Below, one piece after another: positions 1 to 12,900 of a stretch of DNA of 64,000 nt. A model generated the notes under the pieces. The model saw nothing but the letters and a program-made list of their open reading frames with translations. It had not been told where the DNA came from and did no database searches. Source of the DNA: Octopus sinensis (taxonomy: Eukaryota); contig NC_043001.1 in assembly GCF_006345805.1 (NCBI RefSeq), positions 78,244,001 through 78,308,000 of the forward strand, given 5' to 3'. The stretch's first letter is position 1, and the number at the start of each line of letters is the position of its first letter. The position numbers and the translations under genes are program-made.

Positions 1-480
1 ACTACATCACGGTTAAGTTTTCTGATTCGTTGTCATCACCTTCAAATGTAATAGGATGGAACGCCTCAGAAAATTATATATGCAGATGTCGAAAAGTCGG
101 AAGACTGAAACATATTGATTCCAGCTGTTCACAGCCTTTGAATAGGTACACATGGAGACACGATATAGTCGTAAAGGTTTTATTCAAAGAACCACATTGC
201 TCTCATAAATAGAGGCAAGTAACAGCATTGAAAGAACCAACCATTCATTACCTTCGTAGGCTCAGGACAGCAAAGCCTTTTCAGGAAGAAGAAGAAACTC
301 CCTGTGAGCGATGAAAACTGGAATGGCTATTGGTGGGTGGCTGCGGATTTACAGGGTGTCAAGCATTCTTTCCCTTCCCAATTACGAAGAAAATGGATAT
401 CATAATATGGTGTGAATTTGGTAAATGTAGTCGAGTTAACGGTTTATCATGAAGCTAATTGTCATTAAAACTTTCGTGTT
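1..480 (+). mobile_element. 3' fragment of an RLE (restriction-like endonuclease) non-LTR retrotransposon, HERO-like, degenerate
   Basis: Translation gives C..C..GRLKHIDSSC...RYTWRHDIVV (CCHC knuckle with RYxWRHD). It continues through frameshifts to WWVAADL...KMDIIIWCE and VVELTVYHEAN, matching the PD..(D/E)xK endonuclease region of HERO/R2-group elements. Clade assignment is from motif recall. Confidence 0.7.
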
Positions 481-662
481 AGAACTAGGCTCTGGATCTT
501 ATCTATAAGCGTAGACAGTTGAGAGAGCACCGCTTTTATAATTATAAACAAATAAATGCAGTCAAACGAGACAAAGAATCAAACGAAAAAAATAATATAC
601 AGCCCTATTTTTTCCGTGGGGGTTATATATTTGTTTAATGCTGTGGGGTGGAGATATATATA

Positions 663-1073
663 TACTCTTTTTACTCTTTTACTTGTTTCAGTCATTTGAC
701 TGCGGCCATGCTGGAGCACCGCCTTTAGTCGAGCAAATCGACCCCGGGACTTATTCTTTGCAAGCCCAGTACTTATTCTATCGGTCTGTTTTGCCGAACC
801 GCTAGGTAACTGGGACGTAAACACACCAGCATCGGTTGTCAAGCAATGCTAGGGGGACAAACACAGACACACAAACATATACACACACATATATATGTAT
901 ACATATATACCACAGGCTTCTTTCAGTTTCCGTCTACCAAATCCACTCATAAGGCATTGGTCGGCCCGAGGCTATAGCAGAAGACACTTGCCCAAGATGC
1001 CGCGCAGTGGGACTAAACCCGGAACCATGTGGTTGGTTAGCAAGCTACTTACCACACAGCCACTCCTGCGCCT
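663..1073 (-). mobile_element. tRNA-derived SINE family A, full length
   Basis: Minus strand starts AGGCGCAGGAGTGGCTGTGTGGTAAGTAGC (A box) then GGTTTAGTCCC (B box). It has an internal TA/CA microsatellite and ends GGCGGTGCTCCAGCATGGCCGCAGTCAAATGACTGAAAC followed by (AAAAGAGT)n. Near-identical copies occur at 37038-37477 and 62672-63103. Confidence 0.9.
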
Positions 1074-1108
1074 ATATATATATATATATTTTTTTTTTGT
1101 GGGGTGGC

Positions 1109-1147
<39 letters not shown>

Positions 1148-1375
1148 ATATATATTATTTGTTTAATGCTTTTGTGATCAATAATGACTAGTTTTTGTTG
1201 TTTGTATTTTTCGATTCGCTTATGTTTGTGTGTGCGCTTGCTTGCTTATACATTACTTTATTATATTTTGAAACATTAAAATGTGTTCATGTGAAACTGG
1301 AGTGTATACGTAATTAACTTTCTGGACAGATTTCGGAGCAGTTTTTTATCGCTCTCACATGTAAAACGTCCTGTG

Positions 1376-1755
1376 TCTTCTTTCTTCTTCTTCTTCTTCT
1401 TCTTCTTCTTCTTCTTCTTCTTCTTCTTTTCTTCTTCTTCTTCTCTTCTTCTTCTTCTTATTCTTCTTCTTCTTCTTCTTATTCTTCTTCTGCTTTTTCT
1501 TCTTTCCTCTTCTTCTTCTTCGTCTTCTTCTTCTTCTTTTCTTCTTCTTCTTCTCTTCTTCTTCTTCTTCTCCTCCTTCTTCTTCTTTCTTCTTCTCTTT
1601 CTTTCTTCTCCTTCTCCTTCTCCTTATCTTCTCCCCTCTCTTCTCTTCTTCTTTTCTCCTCTCCTTCTCCTTCTCTTTCTCCCCTTCTCTTCATCTTCTT
1701 CTTTTTTTTCTTTTCTTCTTCTTCTTCTTCTTCTTCTCTCCTCCTCTCCTTCTGG
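1376..1755. repeat. (CTT)n / polypyrimidine microsatellite
   Basis: Direct reading of the sequence; it explains the ORFs at 1373-1771 and 1479-1931. Confidence 0.95.
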
Positions 1756-1857
1756 ATCACCTCGATCCTGACAGCAGCTTGCAGTGACGTTGACCATACG
1801 TGATTGTGATGATGAAGGAATGGGTTATTATTATTTATTATATTATTATTATTATTA

Positions 1858-4800
1858 CTTTTTTTTTCTTCTTTCAAATTTCTTCCATTCTTGCCGAGTG
1901 TCTTCCCGACTCCTAGGGCAAAGAAACTCATAGTGTATATTGGTAGGCCATTAAACCAAACTCAGTAGTTCGTTCATTTTTTTTTTTTTTTTAAAGTTAA
2001 ATTAAAATACATGAGCAGCAACAGTTCTCACATCGACAATGCTCTTCTCAATACGTGTGAGTACCAGTTAAGACAATCTTTTGCACTTCTTGCAGGGATG
2101 GTAAGCCAGGGATCATTCTCATATAATTTCGGTTCCCTCTTGATCATTCCTAGTGCTCCTACGATCACTGGTATTGTAACTGCCTTGAGATGCCACATTT
2201 CTCAATTTCAATGAGTAGGTCTTTCTTTATTTTCTGAGCTTGTCAAACTCTTTCGCTGAGATATTATGATCACAGGGGATGCTCATGTCGATCAATAAGC
2301 AAACTTTATTGTTTTGGTCTTTCACAACAATATCTGGTTTATTGGCCTTGATGGTTCGGTCTGTATGTACTGGAAAGTCCCACAGAATGGTTACATTTTC
2401 TCCTTCAGTTACAGCCTCAGGGTGGTGATTATACCACTTGTCGGCAGTTTTGATATTGTAATGCCGACTTATTAGCCAGTGGAGATATTGGCCAACTCTG
2501 TCATGTCTTAATTTATACTCCACTGGTGCTAAAACTTTACATCCAGAGATTAGGTGGTCCACTGTTTCAATCATGTCGTTGCAGAATCGGCATTTTGGGT
2601 CTGCTCCATTCTTCATCACATTGGCCTGGTAGTTCCGGGTTAATAGGCTTTGGTCTTGAGCAGCCAGGATGAAGCCTTCGCGCTCTGCTTTTAGCCCTGA
2701 GCTCCGCAGCCACTGATGGGTTTGCTTCTGGTCAACATCAGCTTGTTTGCTGCGGGTCACATATTTGCCGTGCAGAGGTTTCTCCTCCCACCTATCAGCC
2801 AATTGCTCGTGCGCTTTTTTCATTGCCATCATTTTCACCTTCTTTGCAACAATAGTTGCCGTACTTCCCTCGGGTTGTTCAGTTTGGGTATCCTGCACGA
2901 GATCAATAGCAAATTTTTTGCTTTCCTTGATGATAGAATGAAGCTTCTTTTCGTCTCTCGTGATTTTCCACGAGCTTTAGCATCCAGTCATTCGATATTT
3001 CGAGATATTTGGCCAGTCCAATTGTGGTTGTTTTGTAAGCTAGTTCAAATTGGATCAGGCCTCGACCTCCTTGGGCTCTGGGAAGGTAAAGGCGATCTAC
3101 GTCTGCCTTTCGGTGGTGCATCCTATTACAACTCAGCAGCTTGCGTATTTTTCTATCTATATTCTTTACTTCACTCATATTCCAGTTCAACACATAGTAG
3201 CTATAAGTAACAACTGGAACTGCTAAGGAATTTATAGCTAACACCTTGTTACGTGCATTTAGTTCAGATTTCAGGACTGCACGAACTCTCCTATAACATT
3301 CCTTCCTGATTTTCTCTTTCATGCTTGCATGCTGATACCAGAGCCTTCATTATCCCTAAATATTTGTATGTCTGTTCTTGCTCAAGCTCTCTTATGACTG
3401 TGTCAACATCTAACACGACTGAATTTGTGGTCTTCACTTTCCCTTTCTGGAAAGTGGCCTTGGCACACTTCTCAAGTCCAAACTCCATCCCGATGTCATC
3501 GCTGAATGCTTTCACGGTGCGCAATAGGCCTTCAAGTTCATTATTGTCTTTACCATAAAGTTTTAAGTCATCCATATAAAATAGATGGCTTATTTTTTTA
3601 TTGGCAATTTTATACCCATACCCTGTTCTGTTAATTCACTTGTAAGGGGTATTAGGGCTATGCAGAATATTAAAGGTGAAAGTGAGTCACCTTGAAAAAT
3701 TCCACAGTTGATGTTTATATTTTCTGAGGCAAGTACTCCATTAGAGTGGTATGATTGGAGATTCGTATTCCACAACGACATATTGTGCTTCAGGAAGTTT
3801 GAAATCACAGGGGAAATTTTAAAGATGTCCAGCGATCTCAAGATCCATGGATGCGGTATACTGTCGAAGGCCTTTTTATAGTCAATCCATGCGGTGCTGA
3901 GATTTCTGCGCTTGTTGTGACAGTTCTCAAGGATCATACGATTGATTAGCAGTTGATCTTTGCATCCGTAAGAGCTCTCGGCGGCACCCTTTTTGTTAAA
4001 TGGGGAAAATATCGTTCTTCTCCATGAATGCATATGTTTTCTCCGCCAGGATAGATGTTAGGATTTTATACGTGGTGGATAGACAGGTTATAGGCCGATA
4101 GTTTTTTGGAAGGTTGGTTTCGTTATTCTTTGGGAGTAGGTAAGTAATGCCACTTGCTAACCATTCAGGTGTTTCTTTGGGTCTCTCAAAATTCCATTGA
4201 GCAGCTGAACTAGCTTACCGTGTGCGCACGGGAGCGATGCGAGCCAGAAATTCGGCACCCTATCTTTACCGGGGGATTTCCAATTATGGGCCTTCGTGAG
4301 TGCCTTCTTAGGTCTGCTATTGTGATGTCTTCCCATGCTTGTTGTTGTAAATTTTGGTAGGATCCTTCAGTTTGTATAATCCAGTCTGCATTTATGTTGT
4401 ACGTCTTCTTGTCACTCCAAATCCTTTCCCAAAAGTTTTGAACTTCTTCCATGGGAGGGGGGTCTTTAACGGTTACTTTCTCCTTCCCTATTTCTCTGTA
4501 GAATTTTTTGGCATTGGATGTGAACAGCTTATTTTACTTGTAAAACTTGTTTCTCTTCTCAAATCTTCGTATTCTTTGGGCTTTTGCTTGGACTTTTTGT
4601 TTCAGCGTTTCTTTTATTGATATCAGTTCTTCTCTTGGTGAGGATCCAAATTTTCTCTTCATCTTTCTTCCTGTTCTGGATCTTACATCATTTCCACATT
4701 AGTTCATTTAATATTGATATTTCCCCTCTCATAAATTCAATCTCTTTTTCAATTTTACTTCTCCAGGTTTGATTTCTTCCAGGTTTTTTTTCTTTGTTTT

Positions 4801-5798
4801 TCGGGGGAATACAGCTGGTTTCAATTGCCCTAGCAGAAGCGTAAATAATTTCATTTAACTCAGTAAAATCAGGTTTTAATTCTCGTATTATTTCATTTGT
4901 TACATAGTTGCCAATTTGGATTTGTTTTTTATTTTGGTTTGTATTTGAGAGTTTATGAAGCGGTTCTCTATCATTCATACTTGTATGTCTTACAACTTCA
5001 AGCGTATTCAGGATTTTCTGCCTCATTTCTGCCATAGACTCTCTGTGTTCTTCAGCAAATGCGAGATCTTCAGTTACTGTTGTTTTTTCGTTTTCCTGGC
5101 TATCTTTAACAGGTACAATAGAATTCTTGTATCTTCAGGCCTTTGCGTACTTTGGTCAGATGGCAGTCTTTCAATTAAGCCTCGTGGCGGGCTATACTGT
5201 TCCTCTGATTCTTCATTTCCTTTGTGTCTTATATTTATGTCATTTTCCGTTGCGTGCTTGATCGCACTTATTTCACTGTCTGTGAGTCTGTTATTTCTAA
5301 AGATATCCCTCCTCACATTTGCTAATTTGTTCTCGTCCAAATAGGGCCTACTGTCTTGATTCCGTGTTCTCCATATACTGTAAGAGTTTGCGGTGTGTCT
5401 CTCTTGAGATGGCCTACCTAATGCATAGTAATAAGCGTATATTACTTCTCGGGTCCATTTGTTCCGCTTACATTTTTCTTTCTGTGGTGGTTGTGGTGGT
5501 GAACTTGAAGGGCTCGAGTTGGGGGATTTCCCGTTCAAGTGACCATCCATGTCCGTATTCGGAGAAGAGTTTGTGCCAGTTGATGACTTTTCGATCCCAG
5601 GCTGGCTCTTTCCTGGGGGACGCGCTTCCAGATTAGGACAAGCGATTTGGTATACTGATTTAGTTTTCCTTTAGTTTCCAAAAACATTTTGGGTGCTACG
5701 ATAATGTTATCATTTTTTAGCTTTGATTGGCTCGTGGGGAGACGGCCATCATTGCCGTTACAATTATAATCGTACCATTATAGCAGCCGTAGTCGGCC
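1858..5798 (-). mobile_element. R4/Dong-clade non-LTR retrotransposon, near full length (single ORF: RT + CCHC + RLE endonuclease)
   Basis: N-terminal KRNKWTREV...LANVRRDI region; RT motifs WIDYKKAFDSIPH, GIFQGDSLSPL and MDDLKLY; CRFCNDMIETVDHLISGC...RHD; and KPDIVVKD...LIDMSIPCD...KEFDK. The 3' UTR ends at a (TTA)n tract near 1825-1857. The 5' boundary is uncertain (5640-5798). Confidence 0.92.
2028..5550 (-). pseudogene. Frameshifted ORF of the R4/Dong element
   Basis: The ORF-track pieces 5074-5550, 4688-5035, 4210-4452, 3590-4033, 3291-3575, 2903-3322 and 2227-2898 join collinearly. The reading frame ends ...VLRRALSM-TGA at 2028-2030. Confidence 0.88.
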
Positions 5799-6123
5799 TT
5801 ATTATTGTTATTATCATCACCATACCATCACTATCATCATTATCACCACCATTACCATCATCATCATCATCATCACCATCACCATCACCACCATCATCAT
5901 CAATGATATTGTCTTATGTGTAGTCACAGCAGTATCTTATTATGTTATTTTTGTTTTTTATCATTATCACCATCACAGTAGTGTCTGTCTGTCTCGTTGG
6001 CTGGCTTGGTGGTTGGCTGGCTGACTGTCTTCAATGCCAGAGTTCTTGCCTGTCAAATAATACTTTCATGTGTGTGTGTGTGTGTAGATAGATAGATAGA
6101 ATATCAGCACTATTACTATCTCC

Positions 6124-6226
<103 letters not shown>

Positions 6227-6299
6227 ATATCATCATCATCATCAGTAGTAGTAATAGTAGTAGTAGTAGTAGTAGTAGTTACAACGATAGCCAGTGGCC

Positions 6300-6680
6300 G
6301 TATTGTGATGAAGGCGGCTTTTTACTCTCACCAATATCACTTTGGCTTTCTTCAATTCGGGGTTGACCGAATACAATACCAGTATAAAACTTGGGGCGAG
6401 GTTATTGACTAACCCTTTCACACTACGGTGCCAGGCCTTGTGTCAAAATTTGATTTAAACTTTATAAGGCGGTGAGCTAGTAGAATCGTAAGCGCATGGT
6501 GCAAAACGTTTAAACTGCACTCGTTTTGGATCCTTTTTTTTTTTCGATTAAATACCACTAGGTATTTTGCTTTCATCATTTCGGGGCCGAGAAAATAAGT
6601 ATCAGTTCAGCAGCGGGATCAACGTAATTAATTTACTTTTTACTCTCAAAAGTGATAGTCGTGTGCCAAAATTTTTTGTA
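6300..6680 (+). mobile_element. Two degenerate SINE family B copies in tandem
   Basis: GGCGGTGAGCTAGTAGAATCGT head at ~6469, TTTCATCATTTCGGGGCCGAGAAAATAAGTA core, and GGCCTTGTGTCAAAATTTGA tail at ~6435. Confidence 0.6.
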
Positions 6681-6919
6681 TTGAGATACTCATGACATGA
6701 GAATTATGCTGTATTTGTAGTAATTGATAATATCCACGCTATTGCTGTTCTTAACGACGAGGTTGGTGGGGATGCTGATAATAATGATGATGATGACGTT
6801 GATTATGGTGATGATACTGATGATGGCGCTAAATCTATAGATATAGCCTAGCCATTGTTCCTATTATTGTCTGCTGTTATAAATATATTTGTGGTCGACG
6901 CTGATGTTTGTTATTGCTG

Positions 6920-6935
6920 GTATACATACATACGT

Positions 6936-6982
<47 letters not shown>

Positions 6983-7305
6983 CATAAATACATTGTATAT
7001 GTACATAATTGTGAATATATGTGAATATATACATAATATATATATATATAATATATACATAAATATATATAATATATATACTTATAATATATATATACAT
7101 ATATACATATATATATATGCATACATGTACATATATATGTATATATACATATGTATAAATACATATATATATATACATATATATGTATATATATATATAT
7201 ATATATTCACATATATATATACATATATATGTATATATGAATACATATATATATATAAATATATATTATATATATATACATATACATATATACATAAACA
7301 TATAC

Positions 7306-7339
<34 letters not shown>

Positions 7340-7350
7340 ATATATATACA
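6920..7350. repeat. Imperfect (TA)n/(TACA)n microsatellite tract
   Basis: Direct reading of the sequence. Confidence 0.9.
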
Positions 7351-8649
7351 TAAGAGAAAGAGAGGGAGGGGGAGAGAGAAAGGGTGAGGGAGAGATGGAA
7401 GGAGTGAAGGCGAATAATTTTGCAATTGTCCTTACTATAGAACTCACTGCTACATGTCGCTCCACTTGTTGTTGTTATTGTTGTCGCTGTTATTGTTTAT
7501 TATTCTTTACAATTGTTGTTCTAACGCATTTCATTGTTGTTGTACCTGTTGGTAAAGTTATTGTAGTTGTTGTTGTAGTTTTTTTGTACAAAACAACAAC
7601 AACGCCAACAAAATCCGTTCGTGGCTGCTGACTACGTTTTTTTGCTTTTTACGACTTGTGTTAGTCGTTGTTGTTGCAGCTTGTTTATTTGCTATTGTAA
7701 TCATAGTAACCGTCATATAATTGTTGTTGTTGTTGCTGATGTTACTGTAGTTGTTGTTGTTGATATTGTTGTTGATGTTGTGTTGGTTGTTCATACTATT
7801 GTTAATGTAGCAGAAATTGTTATAGCCAAGGTTTACAGTTAATTGTTTGTTGCAATACCATTGTTGATATTAGTGGTGGTGGTCATGCAGATGTGGATGT
7901 TGCTGCGATGGCGGCGGTAGTGGCAGCAGTGGCGATGGCTGTGTCAATTCCGGTGGTGGCGGCAATGCAGGTGGTAGTGGCGGTGGTGGTGGTGGTGGTT
8001 TTTGATGAAATAAGTAGAGGGTGTAGGCGGGGATATTTGTGGCTTTAGTTACACTCTGCTGAACACATCAGCAATGATGAAGTGGCAAACGATGTTTCAT
8101 GCCTCGATGCACATCCACTTGTTGTACGGGGGTACATTGTTCATGAAGAGGTAAAGAGGATGTAGGGTGGGAGTCGGATGAGGAGGAAGTGGTGTAATGG
8201 CTGAAGAGGAAAATGTATGTCTTTGTTTTCTTCCAAATAGGACAACCAGAGCACACGCACGCGCCGGCATAGGTGTATGCACTATGTAAAATATGTAACG
8301 CTATGTACATACATATATACACACACATAGACACACATATATAGCTATGTGTATGTATGCGAGTGTTGGTGTGAGTGTTTCTCACACGCATGTATATGAG
8401 TTCTTTCTCCTCCCTCATCTTAATCCTTCTCCTTCCCATCGCTCTCTTTCTCATGCTTGTATTATGTATAATATATATATAATTATATTATATATATATA
8501 TATATGTATAATATATATATAATTATATATATATATATTATATATATAATATATAATTATATATATATATTTATATAATATATATATATATATATATATA
8601 CATATAGGTACACTGCAGCCATACAGGCAAACACAATCATTATTCATAT

Positions 8650-8684
<35 letters not shown>

Positions 8685-8869
8685 GAAATATATATAATGA
8701 AATATATAGCATGATATTGATATAATACATATATGCGTGTATATATGTACAACATAATGTATATATGTGTATACACACACATATACATACGTAAAATCAT
8801 ATGCATATATATGCAGATAAATGCATACATATATATGTAAAAGTATATAAGGTAGGATGTTTAAGAGAG

Positions 8870-8892
8870 AGATAGATAGATAGGTAGATAGG

Positions 8893-8972
<80 letters not shown>

Positions 8973-8995
8973 CAGATAGATAGATAGAGACAGAG
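8870..8995. repeat. (GATA)n microsatellite
   Basis: Direct reading of the sequence. Confidence 0.95.
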
Positions 8996-9112
8996 ACAGA
9001 GAGAGAGAATGTGTGTGTGGTGGGAGACCGAGAGACAAACAGACGCAAACCTGATGAATATTGACATTGATATACACACACTCAGACTCACTAATCCATA
9101 TACTTGCAAATG

Positions 9113-9187
<75 letters not shown>

Positions 9188-9535
9188 TTATATTATATTT
9201 ATTTATATATATATGTTTATATATTATATATTATATATATATACACTTACATTATAAATACATACATTATATATATATATATATATAGATATATATATAT
9301 ATATATCTATATATAATATACGCAATACATGAGTATGTTGATACACATATATTGTACATTTGTGTCTGTCCATGGATACGCGTTTCCCTCACTGTGTATG
9401 TAAACACCCTATAAATGTGTGAATAAGACAGTACACATACACATCGTATACATCAGTACAATTAGTCCACATTAGTTTATAAATTGTCACGTGTAGTTGT
9501 GTCTTACACATACGTATACACAGCCACACACACAG

Positions 9536-9581
<46 letters not shown>

Positions 9582-9796
9582 TTTGTCTGTGGTACGGAGA
9601 CATTGGTAGAAATATCTCTATTTGATGAATGTATAGAAGGTCAGCATCATAACTTTACTAGACAAGTTATTGTACGTTCAAAAACCTATTCACACACGAA
9701 TGAGAAATACTTCACAAGAAATTTACATGGATGTACGTGCATGGGTTACTTGCTGTACTCGTGGGTGTCTCTCTGTATGTAAATACCTCCATATAT

Positions 9797-9856
<60 letters not shown>

Positions 9857-9961
9857 TATATATATATGATATATATATATATATATTCTATGTATGTCTA
9901 ATCTATCGATCTATCTATCGATCTATCTATCAGTCTATCTATCTATCTATCTATATATATA

Positions 9962-12900
9962 TTTTATTTTACTTTATCTAGTTTCAGCTCACGAGCTGTG
10001 GCCATGCTGGGGCACCGCCATTTGGTGTTGCTACATGATTTTACTTCATGAATGCTTTTTAGCAATTGCCATTTGGTGCATGAGAGTGTTCGATGTAGCT
10101 GCCCTCATCTCCACCTCCTGTCCTGAAGTTGGTTCATCTGGGACACCTGACAGGAAGAGATCCTGTTTTATTTTAAAGACATCTTCATCCACCCCATGCA
10201 GGTCTCTCAGGTTCTTCGGGAGAATATTGAAGAGCTGTGGGCCTCTGAAGCCCAGGCTATCACAGTATCTTATCCTACATCTTGATGGCAAATTTGGAGT
10301 CCTTGGCACTATGCAGTGACACCCAGTTCTAGCATTTGTATAACTCTCGATGCCAAAGTTTGGGACAAGAACTTCTAGGATCTTCCAGATGTATATTATG
10401 GCATATCTTTCTCGCCTACGCTCTAAGGAATAGGGTCTTAATCTCTTGAGTCTTTCCCAGTAGCTTATATGCTGCACAGAGGCTATCTTCGTGTAGCTTC
10501 GTTGGATCGCCTCAAGTTCTGGGATTAACATGACACTGGATGGTGACCATAGCTGAGAGCAATAGTCAAAGTGGCTTAGGACAAGTGTCCTTCAGAGGAT
10601 CATCATGGTTTCCTGGTCTCTTGTTCTAAAGGTTCTAAGAATCCATCCGGTCAGCCGCCTACATTTCATTGCCAATTTAGCAACATGCATCATCACTCAT
10701 GTAAATACCCAGGTCTAGCACTGATTGTGCCTCTGGGATTGCAATCCCTCCAGATCCAGTGTATTTATTTGGTATTGCATTTACTTTTGCATGCGGATAG
10801 CATAAAGCATGAAACTTTTCAGCATTGAACTGCATTCTATTCTTTACAGCCCACTTGTATATTTTGTCCAGCTCACATTGCAGGTGCATAGTGTTCAGGC
10901 TTCTGTATTGCCTGTGAAACTTTTGTATCATCTGCATAACTTGTGATCGTGGCTCTCTGCGTGGCTGAGGGCATGTCTGAGAGGGCCATTATGAACAGTT
11001 GTGGTCCTAAAACAGTGCCTTGCGGAACACCGCTTATTATTTGCGTGTTAATGGCTACAACCACCTGCTTCTATCCTTCAGAAAGTCATGTAGCCATTCT
11101 CCCAATTTTCCAACTATGCCAAGATCACGCAGTTTGTGACATATAATTCCATGATCGACTTTATCAAAGGCCTTTGCAAAGTCAAGATATATGACTTCCA
11201 CATTTGAGTGGTTGAGCAGTCGTTTCAGCACCCAGTCATAGTGTTGTAGGAGCTGAGTTAGGCAGCTTCTTCCTGGTCCGAAACCATGTTGGGTATCAGG
11301 CAGCAAGTCGTTTTCTTCAAGGAAGGTGATTAGTTTCCTCCTGACTATTCGTTCCATGACCTTGCTGATGTGTGAGGTCAGAGAGATAGGCCTGTAGTTC
11401 TTGGCCTCCGCTCTGCTACCTCCTTTATGAATAGGGCATATTTTACCTTCCTTCAGTTTTCTTGGAAGTTTGCCAGTTACAAGGAAGCTCTGAAAGAGGA
11501 ACTGCAGTGGTCTTGCTAGGAATCTCTTACATAATTTTAGAAGGATTGCTGGGAATCCATCGGGGCCAGTAGCTGAGTTTGCTTTCATTTCATCTATAGC
11601 CTTTATTACATCGTCTTCCTTTATATTGATGTAATCAATCATCGCTGCCTCTGATTTTATATCTGCAGTGGTAAAGAAGTCAGTTGGATTGCTGACTTCA
11701 AAATGCCCTTGGGGTGGAGTGAAAATACTCTTGAATTGCTCATTTAGTATTTCACTTATCCTCATTGGATTTCCTGTGAGTGTGCCATCCCTTTCAAGGA
11801 GTGGCCCTATCCTACAGTGCATCGTAGCTGTTTCTTTGGCATACCTGTAGAAAGGTTTGGGGTTAGATTTTATGTTGTCTATAGCCCAGGATTCTTTGTT
11901 TGCTCTTTCTTTTTCATGGGAGAGTTGCAGATATTTTTCAATTTCCAACAGTTTTATTTTCAGGCGGGACATTTCACTGCTTTCAATTTGTTTAGGCGAT
12001 TTGAAACTTTTGTACGCCGTCTCATAAGAATTTTCCTCTCTCTGGGGATTTTTTTCTTGTGTACAGTGGCCTGGCTCTCTGGGATACATTTGTAGCATAT
12101 GGCATGCATTACAGATATGAATTGTTGAAGTTTCATGTCGATGTCTGGCGAGGAGAGACATTCAGGCCAGTTTTGTTTGAGGATCTCTTTCTCAATTTGT
12201 TTCCAGTTTGACTTATGGAAGTTCAAGCTGGAAAGATTCTGAGTGTTTCTTGTAGATTGCATGTCCATGCTTTACTTTGGCCTCCTACATGGTCAGCTCT
12301 ACCATGTTGTGATCCGAGAGTAGTGTCGGTGTCACTTTCACATTATGGATGAGATCCATATTATTTGTGAAGCAGATATCCAATATGTCACCTGCCCTGG
12401 TTGATTGGAGTATTATTTGCTCCATGTACAGAGTGTTAGTGAGGTTCAGGAGGGACCTCGCCTGTCCTCGTTCGCCTCATGTCATTCCTGGGAGAGAAAG
12501 GCCCTCTAGCCATCTGACATTGGGCAGATTGAAGTCTCCCATAAGAAGTACACTTATGGGTTGTTCTAATGTGACTAGAACTTCTATTTTTATAAGGCAG
12601 TCTTCAAACTTGCCTACATGGATTGGGGCATCTGGAGGGCGATATGTAGCACATATAACTACACCGAGTGGCCATATATGTACAATTAGTGTGTCACACA
12701 CCGAATTTGAGTATGACAAAAGGACCTGGGGAGTGAGGTCCTCACAGATGTACATAGCAACTCCTCCATGACTCCTTTCTTTTCTGTCGGTCCGTAGTAC
12801 AACATAATGTGGTATGTGTATTTCCGCATCTGCTATGTCCGGTTTCAGGTCTGATTCCGTAAGTGGCATGCATAAGGCTTGATGTATGCAACAAGGTCTC

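Noticed and set aside
1373-1931. Overlapping poly-F/S/L and poly-E/K/R ORFs
   Set aside because: They arise from the (CTT)n tract plus the Dong 3' UTR.
5700-5798. Possible HDV-like ribozyme at the Dong 5' end (CGT-7 nt-ACG loop, GCTAA on the minus strand)
   Set aside because: I could not find P1 or P2 pairing partners, so the double pseudoknot cannot be built.
6855-7631. 258-aa ORF and the many other YI/CV/HT/poly-I/poly-D/poly-N ORFs across the window
   Set aside because: They are translations of (TA)n, (CA)n, (AAT)n, (CAT)n and (GA)n microsatellites that lack stops by composition; there is no protein signal.
8072-8150. Candidate plus-strand exon (catcag acceptor, GAG/GTAAAG donor, two open frames)
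   Set aside because: The polypyrimidine tract is weak, the product is unrecognisable and there is no supporting neighbour exon.
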